Source: Chrysomallon squamiferum
Lineage: Eukaryota; Animalia; Mollusca
Direction of reading: 5' to 3'
Length of the DNA: 64,000 nucleotides
Assembly (NCBI GenBank): GCA_012295275.1
Contig: CM022679.1
Coordinates: 13,764,001 to 13,828,000 of the forward strand
Made by a program: the position numbers and the translations under genes. Positions 38,597 through 53,032 of this stretch are shown in pieces. Position 1 is the stretch's first letter, and every line of letters starts with the position of its first letter. The notes under the pieces are model-generated. The model ran no database searches. It worked only from the letters and a program-made list of their open reading frames with translations, and was not told where the DNA came from.

Positions 38597-41198
38597 TTCA
38601 TTCATTCATTCATTCTTTTGTAACTAACTAAAATACTAACCATAAAGATGATGAAACAACTAATTACACAATAATCATGATGATGATAATTATCAACAGA
38701 AATAATGCCAGAAAAAAAAAAAAAAAAAAAAAAATTAACCTTGACAGTTATGATTATGTCGTTAGCGGAGCCGGCGGCCGCAGACTTAGGATGGTAGCGT
38801 TGATGGTGGTAAACCATGATATTTATAAAATGTATCTTCAGCTTGTGAAATTGAGGCAAACAACAGTGTAGAGATGCTTGGGCGGAGAAACACGGTGAGG
38901 CTTGCTTTACCAAGCAGTGTGTACGTCATACAGACAAAACAACCAGTCACGACCCGTTCAAAGTGATCACCATCCTTAAAGGTATACCTGTCTAATCAGA
39001 CGTACATAAATAAGACAGAAAATATTCAGAATTCTAAACTACACACTTGCCACTGCCAGGTTTCCCACAAAAAATAGATGCACGCAAAAATGACGAAAGA
39101 CAAAAAGAACGGCGTGCTTCGGGGGAAGCGATGATTACCCTCGGTTACTGAGCAACCTGTTTAAGGTTGTCTCGATGGTCGAACGGTAACATTTAAATGT
39201 CTAATACTGTGGTGTGATCGACTGTTTTTTTAATACTGTGTAATTGTGTCACAATCCATGACAGTAAAACTAGGACAGGTAATCTCGTCTTGACAGTTCG
39301 GTGGAAATAAAGTGGATTGGTACCCACCTCTATTTTTAAATTATTAGTTCTAAGTGAACGATGGTAGTTTATTATGTTTAACTACTAGGAGTTAAAGGGT
39401 TAAGCGCTAAACGCTATGCTAAACGCTATGCTAACAACAATAACAAATAATAACAACAAAAAAACGTTACAACAGCAATAATAACAAAACTATTATTTAT
39501 TATTGTTAGAAAAACAACGCTGACAAACACTAAAGCAAACACGAACAATATCACAGTACTATAGCAATTATAACAACAATATCACAGTATTATAGCAATG
39601 ATAACAATATCACAGTACTATATCAACTAGAACAACAATATCACTCTACTATAGCAATTGTAACAACACTAAACAATACAATAAAAAAAAACCATAAACT
39701 ATACAACAAAGGAAGTATTAAATATCACAAGTACAAACTTAAGTAATGAGATTTCATATATAGCCCGTAATATAGCATGGTATTAGATGCAGCTGTTTTT
39801 ATTCTTTTCGTGTTCTTTGGCCGTCTAACAGCTCATGCATACCCTCTGTCCAAACTATCCCTGGGGTTAAAATGTATTAGACTGTTTACGCCTAGAATAT
39901 ATTCTGGCTGCTCCCACAGAACCAGTTTATAAAAACACTAAATATTCTCAAAGATCAAGATCTTTTTACACTTCAAGAATTAAAATTATGTTACAAACTA
40001 TAACAAAGTATGGATCAGACATACATTTTTTGTAAACATCCGAACATTTACATGTATTATTTTTGTTTTCTTTTACTGACCTTTTCATTCAATACAAACT
40101 GCAAACGGATATGCTGATTTGGCAAATAAATGATCTAAACCATTTTCTTGTTTATTGATAAATGATCTAACAAAACTTATAATTATATCTAAACGCTTGT
40201 TAGTGTTGTAATATGTTTGTTACAACACTGAAGTGATCCGAGTCATTCTCAAGATCCTATGTGAATTGAGTGTGGCCTAAACTGACTGTATCATGTCATT
40301 CACGTTATCTTCTTTGAGTATAATGGACATTTAAATAGGGACCAACTTATGAATAACACAAGAGCGTATAATCTGTAAGCCAAAATATTCCCCGGAATAT
40401 AAAGAGCTATAATTACACCATGGGGTAGACCAAGGATAGACTTGCAAGGATTTAATCTGGTTTGTTTCACTGGTATCTGATATGATCATACAAACTTAAT
40501 TTAGAGGGTGCCGGTGTAAAATAATATTTGTTCCCCCAGGTCATATAGAACAGGAGTTTGTTAATTCCCACCGTCATAATCATTGGTGTAAATCAAAATG
40601 AAGGGTCTCGTCAGTGGATTTACTTCGATACTTCAGGTTGAGACTTGGGTCCTGACATTTTGATGAAAGTGTGTTGTTGTAGCACTTGAATTTAAAATAT
40701 TGAGGCACAAATGCAACACGTTTCTAAAAGAGGACATTCATAGGCCTGCAATAGCGTTATCGATAATAAAAAATTATCAATGGATTTAGGGATGAATGTT
40801 TTTACCTTCCTTTTAAAAAAAGAAAATCCCTGTTTTCAAGATGTTAATAGTGATCAAGTACCCAGACAAATGTATCCCCCAGTTAGTTCTTCACACATCT
40901 ACAATTATAATTGTGTACATATCAATAAAGGCAAACACTTCAAAACAAAATATTAATATATAATAATAATACACATACCACAAACAAAACTAATATGTCT
41001 ACAATAATTAAATATGTTAATACTAAGTTAATTCTACTTTTGTCCTATCAGCTTGCAGCGATGGTTATGGACACTGTATTGAAGTAGGAAAAACAAGAAA
41101 AGATGTATGGAACTGAAGTGTATCAGGAAATTTCGAAATGTGCCCTTGTTCCATTTAAAGGAGGTTGGTATTTCAATTTATATAATTACCTCTCATTA

Positions 41199-41277
<79 letters not shown>

Positions 41278-42836
41278 AACCTAGTTATCTGTAGCTAGTG
41301 AAGAAGAAAGAAGAAAATATTTTTTGATATGGTTTGTTACACTATTATAACAGTGAAATGTTTGTATCCTCTGTTATTTGTTTTCTAATTCTGCATAAAT
41401 TAGTTACGTTCATTACAAATTATTAATCTCATACTAAATATGTCGATCATTTTATTCGGTTGGAATCACTATTTTCATTTAAAGAATAAATCCATTTGGA
41501 ATACTGTGTATGTCAATCACTGTATCATTATCTTCAACAGTAATGGTCTCGTCAGCATGGTTTCTTTCACTATTTCTCCAATTCTGTCCAACAGGCTCAT
41601 CTTGATAATAATAATAATAACAACAACAACAACAACAATAATAGCAATAAATACAGTAATAAAACCTAAATGAAATAAACATTGTTAAAAATATAAAAAT
41701 ATGCCACTCAGAAATTAGTTTCATTGTACAACTCATACATATCACATTTCATGTACACATTTTACAAGGCTGTAATGGTGTTCTCATAATTAATCTAAAA
41801 TACATGTAATAGCACAAGTCAGAAATTGTTATAAACTGAACAAAAATGAATATTTTACAGCAGTGACACAGCAAGATATTAAAGAAAATATTTTACACAC
41901 ATTAATTTTGTTTGCTCAAATTAACTGTAGTGATCTCAATTTGACCTTAATGTAGGGCTCTACTTTGACAGTATGAACAAATGGCAAAAACACTTTCAAT
42001 GTCTCTCCTAATTTATATATATATATATAAATGACAACCAATCTTTGCTATGACAGTAAAAATACGCTATCACGAAACTGGATCCCCCTTTATTTGCATC
42101 AATGGCGATGACATTTCGTTTGATGAGGACTGATTTGTTGTAAGTTGTTAGAAAAAGATTTGGACTCATACCATCAAGGTTATTTGTACGGATAAGACCA
42201 ATATGATTCAATAATTATTATTTCGTGCATTTATGTATGCATCTGTATGTGTGTTTATATACATGTGCGAATGAGTAAGTTAATGGATGTGTGCATGAGT
42301 GAGTCGGTGAAAAAAATTAAAATATTAATAGGATCAAGCTATCCTAAAGGATGATTGTCACAGTGAAAAAAAGCAGCAGCATTCATTAAAGACATTTATA
42401 TACAAACAGTGAGTAATGGGAATTCACACAAATAGACTCAAATGTTTTTATAACAGTCATACATGCATTTGCAAAGGCAGGAAATGTCAGCGTTCATATG
42501 TTACTCCTGGAGCAACAGCATCATATTATGTACATTCTTTATTATTAGGAAAAACTGGTTAGAAGAAACAAATAAAATACTGAAAGAATACACAGTGCAT
42601 TTAGACTATTGACTGGCACGTAACAACAAATTTATGTTCTTTGACAGAACTGTAAACTAATCTGAATTGAAACATATGCAGTGTTGTGTGAGTGGATTTG
42701 TGTTTACGTGTGTGAGTGTGTTTTTTTCAATTTGGTTAACTGGAAATATACATCTGTCAACTCACCAGCTATTTTGTCTTTAATTCGTTAGTTCTACTTG
42801 TTCTTCATTTTGGTCAACACCATCTTTGTTTTTGTT

Positions 42837-44327
42837 TTAACGTCGAAAGCTCCACAGTAGGAAAAATACTAAACCTGCAACTAATAATCCTGCTGCTATT
42901 GCTATGAAAAGTGTATAATAAAGGTCTTTCTGACTCTGGGGGAGATCTGAAATAAAACCAAAGCTTTGTAACAAGCACCCATAAAAACAACTATGAATTC
43001 AGCCATTTTTATACAGCAAACCAGACTACTGCCATAATACATATACATACACACATACATAAAAACATATATACATTTATATACACATACATTCATACAC
43101 AAGCATACATACGAACACACATACATACAAACATACATATCCATATACTGCCATAATATATGAATACATACATACACACACATATATATATATACTGTGC
43201 ATACATACCTACACACAAATATATATATGCAAACACACATACATATAAACATACATACACACATACATACATACATACATACATACATGAACAAACATAG
43301 ATTCATATATAAATATAAATATATATATACACACACACACACACATAAGAACAGATATACACAAACAAACATTCATTATTTTGTGGCTGTAATAAATACT
43401 TACCTTTTGTTGTCTGATTATCAAGGAAATTTGAAACTAAAACAGAAAACAAATATAATCTGTGAAATAAGCACACAGAAAAGTTGTTACTCTACAAAAT
43501 GAGATCAAAAACAAAAGTTGTAACTAACTTTGTGAAGATCTGTGTGTTTATTTGTTTGTTTGTTTTTTTGTTTGTTTATTTATTTATTATTTATTTATCA
43601 AATAACAAGACATAATAAAAATGTTACCTTACTGTTATAAAATATAGTATCATCTAGCCTAGAAAGACCTGCTTTATAGAAACATTTTAAAACATACAAA
43701 TAGAAAAACATTTCTTCTTATTAGAAACCTTTGTAACTAACTAATAAAACACACACAAACACATACTCATTCAGAAAGGACCAAAAGCAAACTGTAATAT
43801 ACATTACAAGGAAACTTTAAACTCGATGATTTTTTTTTTTTTTTAATAAAAACATTTCTTTGCCAGTGCGTTTTATAATTCTTACATGCATACAAACATA
43901 CGTATATATTTATATATGTACATGCAAATCCACATAAACATACATAAATACATTTAAATACATATATACGTACATGCATACATCCACATAAACATACATA
44001 TATTTACGTACATATAAACACACACTCACACATACGATAAATATACAAACTCAAACATTTATTATTTTATAGCTGTAACAATTAATAATTCTTACCTGTC
44101 TGATTATGAAGGAAATCTGAAACAAAAACAATAAACAGAAAAGTTGTAACTGTAATTTTGTGAAGATCTGTTTATTTATTCAAATAAAAAGACACAATAA
44201 AAATGCTTCAGTATTGATATAGAAACATTTTAAAATATAGAAATAGCAAAAATAGGTCTTCTTATTAAGAACCTTTAAAGCTAATAAAACACATACACAT
44301 ATTCATTCATAAATATTCAGACAGACA

Positions 44328-44363
<36 letters not shown>

Positions 44364-44554
44364 TACACACATTTACCTACCCATACATAATGGATTACAC
44401 TGTTTAGGGAAAACCAAACGTGTTGTAGCGCACAAATCACTGATGCCTATGCAGTAATAGCACCTCTCATCTTCACGTACACAATACTGTTCTCTCTCAT
44501 CACATACATCGTGGCCACATCTAAACGTTGTTCCATGTGTCATATTGATTACTT
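42837..44554 (-). CDS. Grindelwald/TNFR-like single-CRD receptor, copy 3 (exons 44381-44554, 44096-44116, 43404-43436, 42766-42946), tailless
   Basis: xVINMTHGTTFRCGHDVCDEREQYCVREDERCYYCIGISDLCATTRLVFPKQCNPLCM-DFLHNQT-VSNFLDNQTTK-DLPQSQKDLYYTLFIAIAAGLLVAGLVFFLLWSFRR*. Confidence 0.78.
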
Positions 44555-44783
44555 CTGAAAATAAAACTGTACTGTTATTATTTCTCTAAATTCCAATTAA
44601 AGAGTGTATTTGGTTATGCGAAAATACATACATACATACATACATACATGCATACATACATACATACACATACATACATACATACATACACACACATACA
44701 TACATACATACATACATACATACATACATACATACATACATACATACATACATACATACATACATACATACATACTTACTTAC

Positions 44784-44855
<72 letters not shown>

Positions 44856-46268
44856 GTACCGGATCCATAGGATCAACTTGTTTTAATGTATGTCACCGAA
44901 CTGGGGAATGACAGAAACTTCTGGAACCGTTTCGAAACAAATGGTGCCAGTCCTACGAATCACGTTACGGATGGCATTGAAAATTGAAAATGATAGGCAG
45001 CAGTCTTCCCAATATTTTTGAATTCAAAGATATGATTAAGAGAGAACAGGCCTTTGTTGAAGCTAAAGTTTTATAGTTAAGACTTTGACATATGCCTATA
45101 GAAAATGCTCCTCTTGACAGGACAAAAATCTGCAACAGAATATGCTGATTCCGTCTCCCATTTTGTTGGACTGTAAAATGTTAGTTCTTTGTTGATCTTT
45201 TGGGAAATTAACTTTACTAAAGTATATGTCATTTTTATGAGAAACAGTAGTACACTATTAAAGATCAAAATAAGCGATTAATTAATTTATTTAATATATT
45301 CAGTACAATTTATATTTGTAAAACATTGTTTTTATTTATTTATTTTTTTTTTTTTTTTTATTTATTTTTTATTTTTTAAAGAATCAGTTAAATTGAAGAG
45401 TATTCCGAGGAATATTTAAATGCATCCTCTACAGGATAAATTGGCAAGGTTTCAAGTCGGAAATGACGTTTTGTTCAGATTTACCTGTCGCGTAGGAGAT
45501 ATCACGAATCACGTGATATATAATAACAGGTGCGAGCACAGTGAGGTGACCCCGTATGTCATTATGCGAAATAAAAGATTATGAAGAAACAGTAGTACAC
45601 TATTAAAGATCAAAATAAGCGACCAATTTATTTATTTAATATATTCCGTACAATTTATATTTATAAAACATATTTTTTATTTACATATTGTATTAGTGTT
45701 TATTTAATTTATTAATTTATGTATTATTATTTATTTATTTATTTATTTATTTATTCCTTCATATTTGTATTTTTATTTTTATTATTATTTTATTTATTTT
45801 TTCTATTTTTTAAATTTCTTTCAAAAATATACAAAACTTTATTTTGCCATGTCATTATTTACCTTAGATACTCTCACAACGTTCATATTCCGTAGACACA
45901 CTATACAGACAGTCTGCAGGTAATTAATTCTATACAATATTTTTAATAATTTACAGGTGACACTCGATTTCGTAAAGCAATAGAGTTAACAAAAAAGTCT
46001 GGGAAATCGCGAATCTAAATATTAACCCTCAAATTTACCAAAACATTAAACTTTAGAACACATAACATCTATTTAATACGGTAATATAATAATCTAAGAA
46101 AAATATACAGACAAAAAGAAATTAAACAAATTTAATACGGTATTTGTTAAGAAAAAGGAACAGAAGAAAAATGTAGAGTACGTTGGGTATAGTTATGGGT
46201 GAATTGTAAAATGTATTCTTACCTTGATGGAAATTGGATTGAGACAGGACTGCCGCGATCGTGTAGTT

Positions 46269-47040
46269 CAGTGATTCTCAACCTTTTTTTGCCAACGGCA
46301 CACCTTGGAACACAGGAAAAAATAGCGGGACACCTGGTTAAATATACATGAAAAATATTTGAATTTTGCTAAATAAAAACATGGCAAGTCATAGACAGCA
46401 GACAACCGTAGACACAAATTAGTCATAGACACATAGAATGACTCAAACTAAATAAAGAAAAACACAGCTATGAACTCACTTCATTGCAGTAGTTCTAATT
46501 TCATGAATCAAATAGCTGGCTTCTTTAGTGACAAATTTGTGCCTGACTTTTATTCATAATTTCGTCAATGTTTCGTCAAATATGAGACAGACACACCCTC
46601 ATTTCTTCTTCCATTGTACGTAATCTCCAGTGCTTCATGTTTTTGATGTTGTTTAATGTTGAGAAGCCTAATTCACATATGTAAGAAGTTGAAAATTGTA
46701 ATAAAATTGCTACTAAAGCTCTTTTATATAATATGGGATACTCCTCTTGAATTGAAATCCAAAATGAATCAATGGGCAGATTCAAATATTTTAATTTTAA
46801 CCCTTGGTCACTAGAAAGGTGGCCAATTCTTATTCTTCCTATAACTCATGTTCAATGTTGGAAGAATAATTTATGAAAGGATCTCTAATCCAATCATTCT
46901 TTTCTGACTTTAATGACGGAAAGTAATTGTTGATGCTTTCGGCCAGGGCTGTCAGATGAGTATACACAATAGAGATCATTTCTCTAATACAGGTAGAACA
47001 CAATAAAAGGAACATATCAAGATTGCCAGTGATTGCTTTT
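46269..47040 (-). mobile_element. hAT (Charlie/Buster-like) transposon 3' end, duplicate
   Basis: Same terminus and coding relic as 23530-24300 (ORF 46576..46785 and part of 46839..47186). Confidence 0.85.
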
Positions 47041-47327
47041 TTTTTGGTGGACTGTAAAATGTTAATCCATTGTTGGTCTTTTGGAAAATGAACTTTACTG
47101 TAATCCCGTACTGTTTTATCATTTGCTATCCTTGACTGCTTAAATAATATATAACAATAGGTTCGGGCACAGTGAGGAGACCCCATACGTCATTGCACGA
47201 AATAAGACATTACAAAGAAACAATAGTACACTAATAAAGATCAAGATAAGCGACCAATTTATTTACTTAATATATTCAGTACAATTTATATTTATAAAAC
47301 ATATTGTTTATTTAATTTATTAATTTA

Positions 47328-47402
<75 letters not shown>

Positions 47403-47469
47403 TTCATTTATTTTTATTAGTATTTTTATTTTTATTATTATTTTATTTATTTTTTCTATTTTTTAAATT

Positions 47470-50400
47470 TCTTTCGAAAATATACAAAACGTTATTTTGT
47501 CATGCCATAATTTACCTTAGATACTCTCACAGCGTTCATATTTCGTAGACACATTATACAGACAGTCTGCAGGTAATTAATTCTATACAATATTTTTAAT
47601 AATTTACAGGTGACACTCGATTTCATAGAGCGATAGAGTTAATACTAAAGTCTGGGAAATCGCGAATCTAAATATTAACCCTCAAATTTACCAAAACATT
47701 AAACTTAAGAACACACATTTCATCTATTTAATACGGTAATATAATAATGTGAGAACAATATACAGACAAAAACAAATTAAACAAATTTCATACGGTATAT
47801 GTTAAGAAAAAGGAACAGTAGAAAAATGTAGACTACGTTGGGTATAGTTATGAGTGAATTGTGAAATGTATTCTTACCTTGATGGAAATTGTATTAAGAG
47901 GGGGCTGCAGCGATCTTATAGTTGAACACAGAATAAGTTAATAGTACGTAGAGGTAAGGTTTCAAGTTGAAAATGACGTGTGTTCAGCTTTATTCAGACA
48001 AAATAACCACGTTTCGCGTAAGCGATATAAATAGTTCTATTTCCCAAATTAAAAGTAAATCCATACCGGAAATTTATAGTTTTTATTTTAGTTTATTTTT
48101 ATTTTTATATATTTATTTATTCGTTGTTTTTTTTGTTTTTTTGTTGTTTTTTTTGGTGTCTTTTTGTATTTTATTATTATTATTTTTAATTTCTTTCGAA
48201 AATATAGAAAACGTTATTTTCCCATTCCGTCATTTACCTTAGATATTCTCACAACGTTCAAATTTCGTAGACACATTATACAGACAGTATGCAGGTAATT
48301 AATTCTATACAATATTTTTAATAATTTACAGGTGACACTCGATTTCATAGAGCGATAGAGTTAATACTAAAGTCTGGGAAATCGCGAATCTAAATATTAA
48401 CCCTCAAATTTACCAAAACATTAAACTTAAGAACACACATTTCATCTATTTAATACGGTAATATAATAATGTGAGAACAATATACAGACAAAAACAAATT
48501 AAACAAATTTCATACGGTATATGTTAAGAAAAAGGAACAGTAGAAAAATGTAGACTACGTTGGGTATAGTTATGAGTGAATTGTGAAATGTATTCTTACC
48601 TTGATGGAAATTGTATTAAGAGGGGGCTGCAGCGATCTTATAGTTGAACACAGAATAAGTTAATAGTACGTAGAGGTAAGGTTTCAAGTTGAAAATGACG
48701 TGTGTTCAGCTTTATTCAGACAAAATAACCACGTTTCGCGTAAGCGATATAAATAGTTCTATTTCCCAAATTAAAAGTAAATCCATACCGGAAATTTATA
48801 GTTTTTATTTTAGTTTATTTTTATTTTTATATATTTATTTATTCGTTGTTTTTTTTGTTTTTTTGTTGTTTTTTTTGGTGTTTTTTTGTATTTTATTATT
48901 ATTATTTTTAATTTCTTTCGAAAATATAGAAAACGTTATTTTCCCATTCCGTCATTTACCTTAGATATTCTCACAACGTTCAAATTTCGTAGACACATTA
49001 TACAGACAGTATGCAGGTAATTAATTCTATACAATATTTTTAATAATTTACAGGTGACACTCGATTTCATAGAGCGATAGAGTTAATACTAAAGTCTGGG
49101 AAATCGCGAATCTAAATATTAACCCTCAAATTTACCAAAACATTAAACTTAAGAACACACATTTCATCTATTTAATACGGTAATATAATAATGTGAGAAC
49201 AATATACAGACAAAAACAAATTAAACAAATTTCATACGGTATATGTTAAGAAAAAGGAACAGTAGAAAAATGTAGACTACGTTGGGTATAGTTATGAGTG
49301 AATTGTGAAATGTATTCTTACCTTGATGGAAATTGTATTAAGAGGGGGCTGCAGCGATCTTATAGTTGAACACAGAATAAGTTAATAGTACGTAGAGGTA
49401 AGGTTTCAAGTTGAAAATGACGTGTGTTCAGCTTTATTCAGACAAAATAACCACGTTTCGCGTAAGCGATATAAATAGTTCTATTTCCCAAATTAAAAGT
49501 AAATCCATACCGGAAATTTATAGTTTTTATTTTAGTTTATTTTTATTTTTATATATTTATTTATTCGTTGTTTTTTTTGTTTTTTTGTTTTTTTTTGGTG
49601 TTTTTTTGTATTTTATTATTATTATTTTTAATTTCTTTCGAAAATATAGAAAACGTTATTTTCCCATTCCGTCATTTACCTTAGATATTCTCACAACGTT
49701 CAAATTTCGTAGACACATTATACAGACAGTATGCAGGTAATTAATTCTATACAATATTTTTAATAATTTACAGGTGACACTCGATTTCATAGAGCGATAG
49801 AGTTAATACTAAAGTCTGGGAAATCGCGAATCTAAATATTAACCCTCAAATTTACCAAAACATTAAACTTAAGAACACACATTTCATCTATTTAATACGG
49901 TAATATAATAATGTGAGAACAATATACAGACAAAAACAAATTAAACAAATTTCATACGGTATATGTTAAGAAAAAGGAACAGTAGAAAAATGTAGACTAC
50001 GTTGGGTATAGTTATGAGTGAATTGTGAAATGTATTCTTACCTTGATGGAAATTGTATTAAGAGGGGGCTGCAGCGATCTTATAGTTGAACACAGAATAA
50101 GTTAATAGTACGTAGAGGTAAGGTTTCAAGTTGAAAATGACGTGTGTTCAGCTTTATTCAGACAAAATAACCACGTTTCGCGTAAGCGATATAAATAGTT
50201 CTATTTCCCAAATTAAAAGTAAATCCATACCGGAAATTTATAGTTTTTATTTTAGTTTATTTTTATTTTTATATATTTATTTATTCGTTGTTTTTTTTGT
50301 TTTTTTGTTGTTTTTTTTGGTGTCTTTTTGTATTTTATTATTATTATTTTTAATTTCTTTCGAAAATATAGAAAACGTTATTTTCCCATTCCGTCATTTA

Positions 50401-51390
50401 CCTTAGATATTCTCACAACGTTCAAATTTCGTAGACACATTATACAGACAGTATGCAGGTAATTAATTCTATACAATATTTTTAATAATTTACAGGTGAC
50501 ACTCGATTTCATAGAGCGATAGAGTTAATACAAAAGTCTGGGAAATCGTGAATCTAAATATTAACCCTCAAATTTACCAAAACATTAAACTTAAGAACAC
50601 ACATTTCATCTATTTAATACGGTAATATAATAATGTGAGAACAATATACAGACAAAAACAAATTAAACAAATTTCATACGGTATATGTTAAGAAAAAGGA
50701 ACAGTAGAAAAATGTAGACTACGTTGGGTATAGTTATGAGTGAATTGTGAAATGTATTCTTACCTTGATGGAAATTGTATTAAGAGGGGGCTGCAGCGAT
50801 CTTATAGTTGAACACAGAATAAGTTAATAGTACGTAGAGGTAAGGTTTCAAGTTGAAAATGACGTGTGTTCAGCTTTATTCAGACAAAATAACCACGTTT
50901 CGCGTAAGCGATATAAATAGTTCTATTTCCCAAATTAAAAGTAAATCCATACCGGAAATTTATAGTTTTTATTTTAGTTTATTTTTATTTTTATATATTT
51001 ATTTATTCGTTGTTTTTTTTGTTTTTTTGTTGTTTTTTTTGGTGTCTTTTTGTATTTTATTATTATTATTTTTAATTTCTTTCGAAAATATAGAAAACGT
51101 TATTTTCCCATTCCGTCATTTACCTTAGATATTCTCACAACGTTCAAATTTCGTAGACACATTATACAGACAGTATGCAGGTAATTAATTCTATACAATA
51201 TTTTTAATAATTTACAGGTGACACTCGATTTCATAGAGCGATAGAGTTAATACAAAAGTCTGGGAAATCGTGAATCTAAATATTAACCCTCAAATTTACC
51301 AAAACATTAAACTTAAGAACACACATTGCATCTATTTAATACGGTAATATAATAATGTGAGAACAATATACAGATGAAAACAAATTAAAG
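47470..51390. repeat. Homogeneous tandem array, 720-722 bp monomer x ~5.4
   Basis: ORF-track starts 47967, 48689, 49411, 50131 and 50853; units almost identical. Confidence 0.97.
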
Positions 51391-51641
51391 GTTTCAAGCG
51401 GGATGTTTTTTAACACACACACACACGAACAAACAAAAAAAGCAATTTGACTTATTTGAATGTGTACTTAATTTCTTTTCTGTAATTATTTCTTTTTGTG
51501 TTCACTTTCGACTCAAAGAATCAGTTAAACTGAAAAATATTCCCAGAAATATTTGAATACACCCTCAACAGGATAACTTAAGAGTACATACGTAGAGCCA
51601 AGCTTTCGACTCAAAGAATCAGTTAAACTGAAAAGTATTTC

Positions 51642-51841
51642 NNNNNNNNNNNNNNNNNNNNNNNNNNNNNNNNNNNNNNNNNNNNNNNNNNNNNNNNNNN
51701 NNNNNNNNNNNNNNNNNNNNNNNNNNNNNNNNNNNNNNNNNNNNNNNNNNNNNNNNNNNNNNNNNNNNNNNNNNNNNNNNNNNNNNNNNNNNNNNNNNNN
51801 NNNNNNNNNNNNNNNNNNNNNNNNNNNNNNNNNNNNNNNNN
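51642..51841. other. Assembly gap (200 N)
   Basis: Run of N. Confidence 1.
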
Positions 51842-51874
51842 TTCTTAGCTGTAACGATTAATAAGCAGCCTTAC

Positions 51875-52189
51875 CTCTCTGATTAACAAGGAAATCTGAA
51901 ACAAAAACAAGAAACAGAAAAGTTGTTACTGTAACTTTGTGAAGATCTGTGAGTTTATCTATTTATTTATTTGACTGTTTGTTTATCTATTTATTTATTT
52001 GACTGTTTGTTTATCTATTTATTTATTTGACTGTTTGTTTATTTATTCAAATAAAAAGACAATAAAAATGCTACAGTTTTGATACAGAAACATTTTAAAA
52101 TATAGAAATAGCAAAAATAGTTATTCTTATTACGAACCTTTAAAGCTAATAAAACACATACACATATTCATTCATATTCAGATACCATT

Positions 52190-52236
<47 letters not shown>

Positions 52237-52419
52237 TTTACCTACCTTTACAGAAACGAGTACACTGTTTAGGGAAATCCAAACGTGTTGTAGGGCACAA
52301 ATCACTGATGTCTTTGCAGTAATAGCACACGCCGTCTTCAGGTACACAATACTCTTCTATCTCATCACATACATAGTGGCCACATCTAAACGTTGTTCCA
52401 TGTGTCATATTGATTACTT
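51875..52419 (-). CDS. Grindelwald/TNFR-like single-CRD receptor, copy 4, partial (exons 52246-52419, 51875-51895; remainder lost at the gap)
   Basis: xVINMTHGTTFRCGHYVCDEIEEYCVPEDGVCYYCKDISDLCPTTRLDFPKQCTRFCK-DFLVNQR; flanks 51842-54740 are colinear with 2010-4920. Confidence 0.78.
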
Positions 52420-52612
52420 CTGAAAATAAAACTGAACTGTTATTATTTCTCTAAATTCCAATTAAAGAGTGTATTTGGCTATGCGAAAATACATACATAC
52501 ATACATACATACATACATACATACATACATACATACATACATACATACATACATACATACATACATACATACATACATACTTACTTACTTACTTAATTAC
52601 TTACTTACTTAC

Positions 52613-52669
<57 letters not shown>

Positions 52670-52689
52670 TATACATACATAAATACATA

Positions 52690-52735
<46 letters not shown>

Positions 52736-52740
<5 letters not shown>

Positions 52741-53032
52741 GTACCGGATCCATTATCCGAAGTCCTTGGGGCCTATACCTTCGGAATTTCTGGATTTTCC
52801 GATTTTCTGGTACCAAGGCATTTAAATACGTAAATAATTAGGCATAAACATTTTAATATTAAAAACATAAAGAAAATTGACAATACACAACTGTGGTGAC
52901 TCGACACGTAAACAATGCGGCGAGTGAAATGAACGTCAACGCGCGCGAACTACAAAGGTAGCGTCGGAAAAAAAATTCCGATTTTCTGGTCCTTCGGGAT
53001 TTCAGGACGCCGGATAATTGGTTCGGTACCTG
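52736..53032. mobile_element. MITE, duplicate of 2911-3209
   Basis: Same terminal inverted repeats. Confidence 0.65.

Noticed and set aside
47967-51128. Five repeated 91-109 aa hydrophobic ORFs (MKMTCVQLYSDK...)
   Set aside because: Hydrophobicity comes from T-rich low-complexity DNA; the frame is not conserved in other cassette copies
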